Origin: a virus
Lineage: Duplodnaviria > Heunggongvirae > Uroviricota > Caudoviricetes
Strand: one strand, 5' to 3'
IMG/VR virus record: IMGVR_UViG_3300035498_000944
DNA length: 59,558 bases
This document shows, piece by piece, positions 58,006 through 59,558 of the stretch. A program made the translations under genes and the position numbers. Position 1 is the stretch's first letter. Every line of letters begins with the position of its first letter. The notes under the pieces were generated by a model. The model saw nothing but the letters and a program-made list of their open reading frames with translations. It did not search any database and was not told where the DNA came from.

Positions 58006-59188
58006 ACATGTCACCTCCATCAAGTCTTAAAGAGTTAATCTCATATATGGGAACATTCACTGGAGTGTTTGTTATTTCACTGATTATAGATGAGACAACC
58101 TGAGAATCTTTTATGGCAATAGCATCATATTTACAATGTATGCCAACAAACTGCATCCTGTCAATTGAAGTAGAAGGAATATTATATGCAGTTTTAATAA
58201 TAGATAAAATATCATTGTTAGTTACAACTATAGAACGCATACTAGCAAGCAAATCATCAATAGTCGTTGGAATAATGAAATATTTTATGTATTTCTTAGC
58301 TAAGTGATATAACGTGTGTATAATGTTATAAGGTCTGTAGCCTTTACCTTTATCTGCAGATGTACCCACAATGCAAATTAATTTGTGATCAGTTTCCTTT
58401 ATAAGATTTACAACCTCAACAGGACTTTGATAAAATCTTTCTATAGGAATACTAAGAGCCTTAATTTCCGAACTAGCTACAAGTGTTGATATTGTGAAAT
58501 AATCAAGATCTGTCTCAAATAAAATAGCTCTACCATAACCAGCTAAATATTGAGAAAGTACAACAGCAAACATGCCAATAGTTGTTTGGTCTATGCCTGT
58601 TATCTGAACCATTTCACCATTGTCAACAAGCTCTGCAATATGGGTCTCTTCTCTGGGAATTTCTTCTTGTGTGTTTATAGCAGATAATCTATCTGTTTCT
58701 GTTTCAACTGTATCTGTTTCTGCAAACTGAGATTCTATACGCTTCTGTTGAACATATTCACCACGCCTATGACGTACAACCTCCTTACGCTTTACTGCTG
58801 TTTTGCCAGCACTAGCAGATCCACGTAATACAGACAGAACAAACTCTTTAGTTATCTCACCTTTTATGATAGACACATTACCAAGTTTGTCACGTTGCTG
58901 TAAGAACTCAATTCTTTTAAGTTCTTGTGAATTAGCAGGTACTATGAAGATAGTCTGGTCAACCTGAAAGAATGGAGATTTGTACAATTCAACCAATTCA
59001 GCAAATACTGAGTTTGGATTGTATCTGATTATGTCCTCTGTTATATAGAGAGTATCTGCAACCACAGGACCCTTATCAACCTCGGCTTTTAGTTTAGAGA
59101 CAGTATCATACGGGATTAAACCAAGCTTAGGATATGCTACAGCAACATTACTGTCTATAATACCACTAATAACTATTTTTGCATCCAT
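57971..59188 (-). CDS. Hypothetical protein with a degenerate MinD/CpaE-like C-terminal half
   Basis: VQITG......FAVVLSQYLA.YGRAILFETD resembles the ParA/MinD beta1-helix-beta2 arrangement without the GKT. Confidence 0.5.
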   Translation of the reverse strand: MDAKIVISGIIDSNVAVAYPKLGLIPYDTVSKLKAEVDKGPVVADTLYITEDIIRYNPNSVFAELVELYKSPFFQVDQTIFIVPANSQELKRIEFLQQRDKLGNVSIIKGEITKEFVLSVLRGSASAGKTAVKRKEVVRHRRGEYVQQKRIESQFAETDTVETETDRLSAINTQEEIPREETHIAELVDNGEMVQITGIDQTTIGMFAVVLSQYLAGYGRAILFETDLDYFTISTLVASSEIKALSIPIERFYQSPVEVVNLIKETDHKLICIVGTSADKGKGYRPYNIIHTLYHLAKKYIKYFIIPTTIDDLLASMRSIVVTNNDILSIIKTAYNIPSTSIDRMQFVGIHCKYDAIAIKDSQVVSSIISEITNTPVNVPIYEINSLRLDGGDMYDLHRYVKGLS

Positions 59189-59556
59189 GGATAATCAATC
59201 TTCTCCTTTTCTGTTTGATTTTTAAGTTTGTCTTCTTCTAAGTCATATCCTAACACTTTGTTCTTATAGTATACATTTCTAGCATACTTTTCCATGAACA
59301 AAGCACTATAGTCAACATTAGATGTTACACAACGATTAAGAATATAGTTAGCCATAACATCATCAGCAAAAGTTACTTCTCTATAAGTAGGGGGACCTAA
59401 AAGCTGAATAGAATTGTTTATAGCATTCTTAATAAGCTGTCTATCGCTAACCCTTCCAGTAATCTGAAAAACTGTAACTGTTACAAGAGAATTATCTTCA
59501 ACATATTTCTTGTTATAGTTAATAATATCAAGAACATGTTTAGCAAGCTCTTTATT
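59173..59556 (-). CDS. 3-prime end of a gene starting beyond the right edge
   Basis: Frame open from 59556 (NKELAKHVLDII...) through the 60-aa ORF called in the track. Confidence 0.7.
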   Translation of the reverse strand, partial: NKELAKHVLDIINYNKKYVEDNSLVTVTVFQITGRVSDRQLIKNAINNSIQLLGPPTYREVTFADDVMANYILNRCVTSNVDYSALFMEKYARNVYYKNKVLGYDLEEDKLKNQTEKEKIDYPWMQK

Positions 59557-59558
59557 TG

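Larger units (their letters stand above)
1..59558 (-). mobile_element. Segment of a giant conjugative element (megaplasmid/ICE-like), probable Clostridia host
   Basis: VirB4-like ATPase, Tad-like pilus locus, several peptidoglycan hydrolases, own DnaB/loader/RuvC/SSB and RNAP genes, many hypothetical ORFs, uniform gene orientation. No housekeeping context and no virion genes in the window. SLH domains and GGAGG RBS point to a Firmicute host. Confidence 0.7.

Noticed and set aside
2638-58307. All plus-strand track ORFs, and nested minus ORFs 4664..4963 and 52174..52359
   Set aside because: Short, overlapping longer well-supported minus-strand genes, with no recognisable motifs.
59173-59355. 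Independent 60-aa gene
   Set aside because: The frame stays open to the window edge, so it is the tail of a longer gene.
1-59558. Jumbo phage
   Set aside because: Not excluded for the whole replicon, but there are no virion genes here, the RNAP is unsplit with alpha, and VirB4 plus Tad point to conjugation.
1-59558. tRNA, rRNA, IS/transposase, integrase
   Set aside because: None recognised by eye; tRNAscan-SE and Infernal would be needed to exclude RNA genes.

Overview
This AT-rich window is gene-dense, with essentially every credible gene on the minus strand and strong GGAGG ribosome-binding sites. It looks like part of a very large conjugative element (megaplasmid/ICE-like) from a Clostridia-type Firmicute. 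No capsid, terminase, portal, rRNA, tRNA or ribosomal-protein genes are visible. In transcription order (high to low coordinates) it carries: (1) a VirB4-like ATPase region; (2) an array of cell-wall hydrolases and lipoproteins; (3) a replication module (degenerate DnaC-like loader, DnaB helicase, stand-alone CHC2 primase zinc finger, RuvC); (4) a Tad/Flp-like pilus locus with seven pilin-like genes and an SSB; (5) surface proteins (SLH, stalk domain) and a J-domain protein; (6) a divergent bacterial-type multisubunit RNA polymerase cluster (beta, YdjM hydrolase, alpha-like, beta-prime running off the left edge). Three candidate undescribed systems stand out. First, a private transcription system: an alpha-beta-beta-prime RNAP with a NADHDGD active site that lacks the flap tip and the beta-prime N-terminal zinc ribbon, three copies of a bipartite promoter-like motif (CTSAG-N19-TCCATATATAATGA) and four intergenic hairpins sharing a UUAAGU apex. 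Second, four membrane-anchored hydrolases with unrelated catalytic domains that share an invariant YLSSTKV motif, three of them followed by members of a paralogous lipoprotein family. Third, a HipA/CtkA-like kinase and its partner gene that are both broken by single-base homopolymer indels. All family calls and alignments were made by eye from motifs; no database searches were run.
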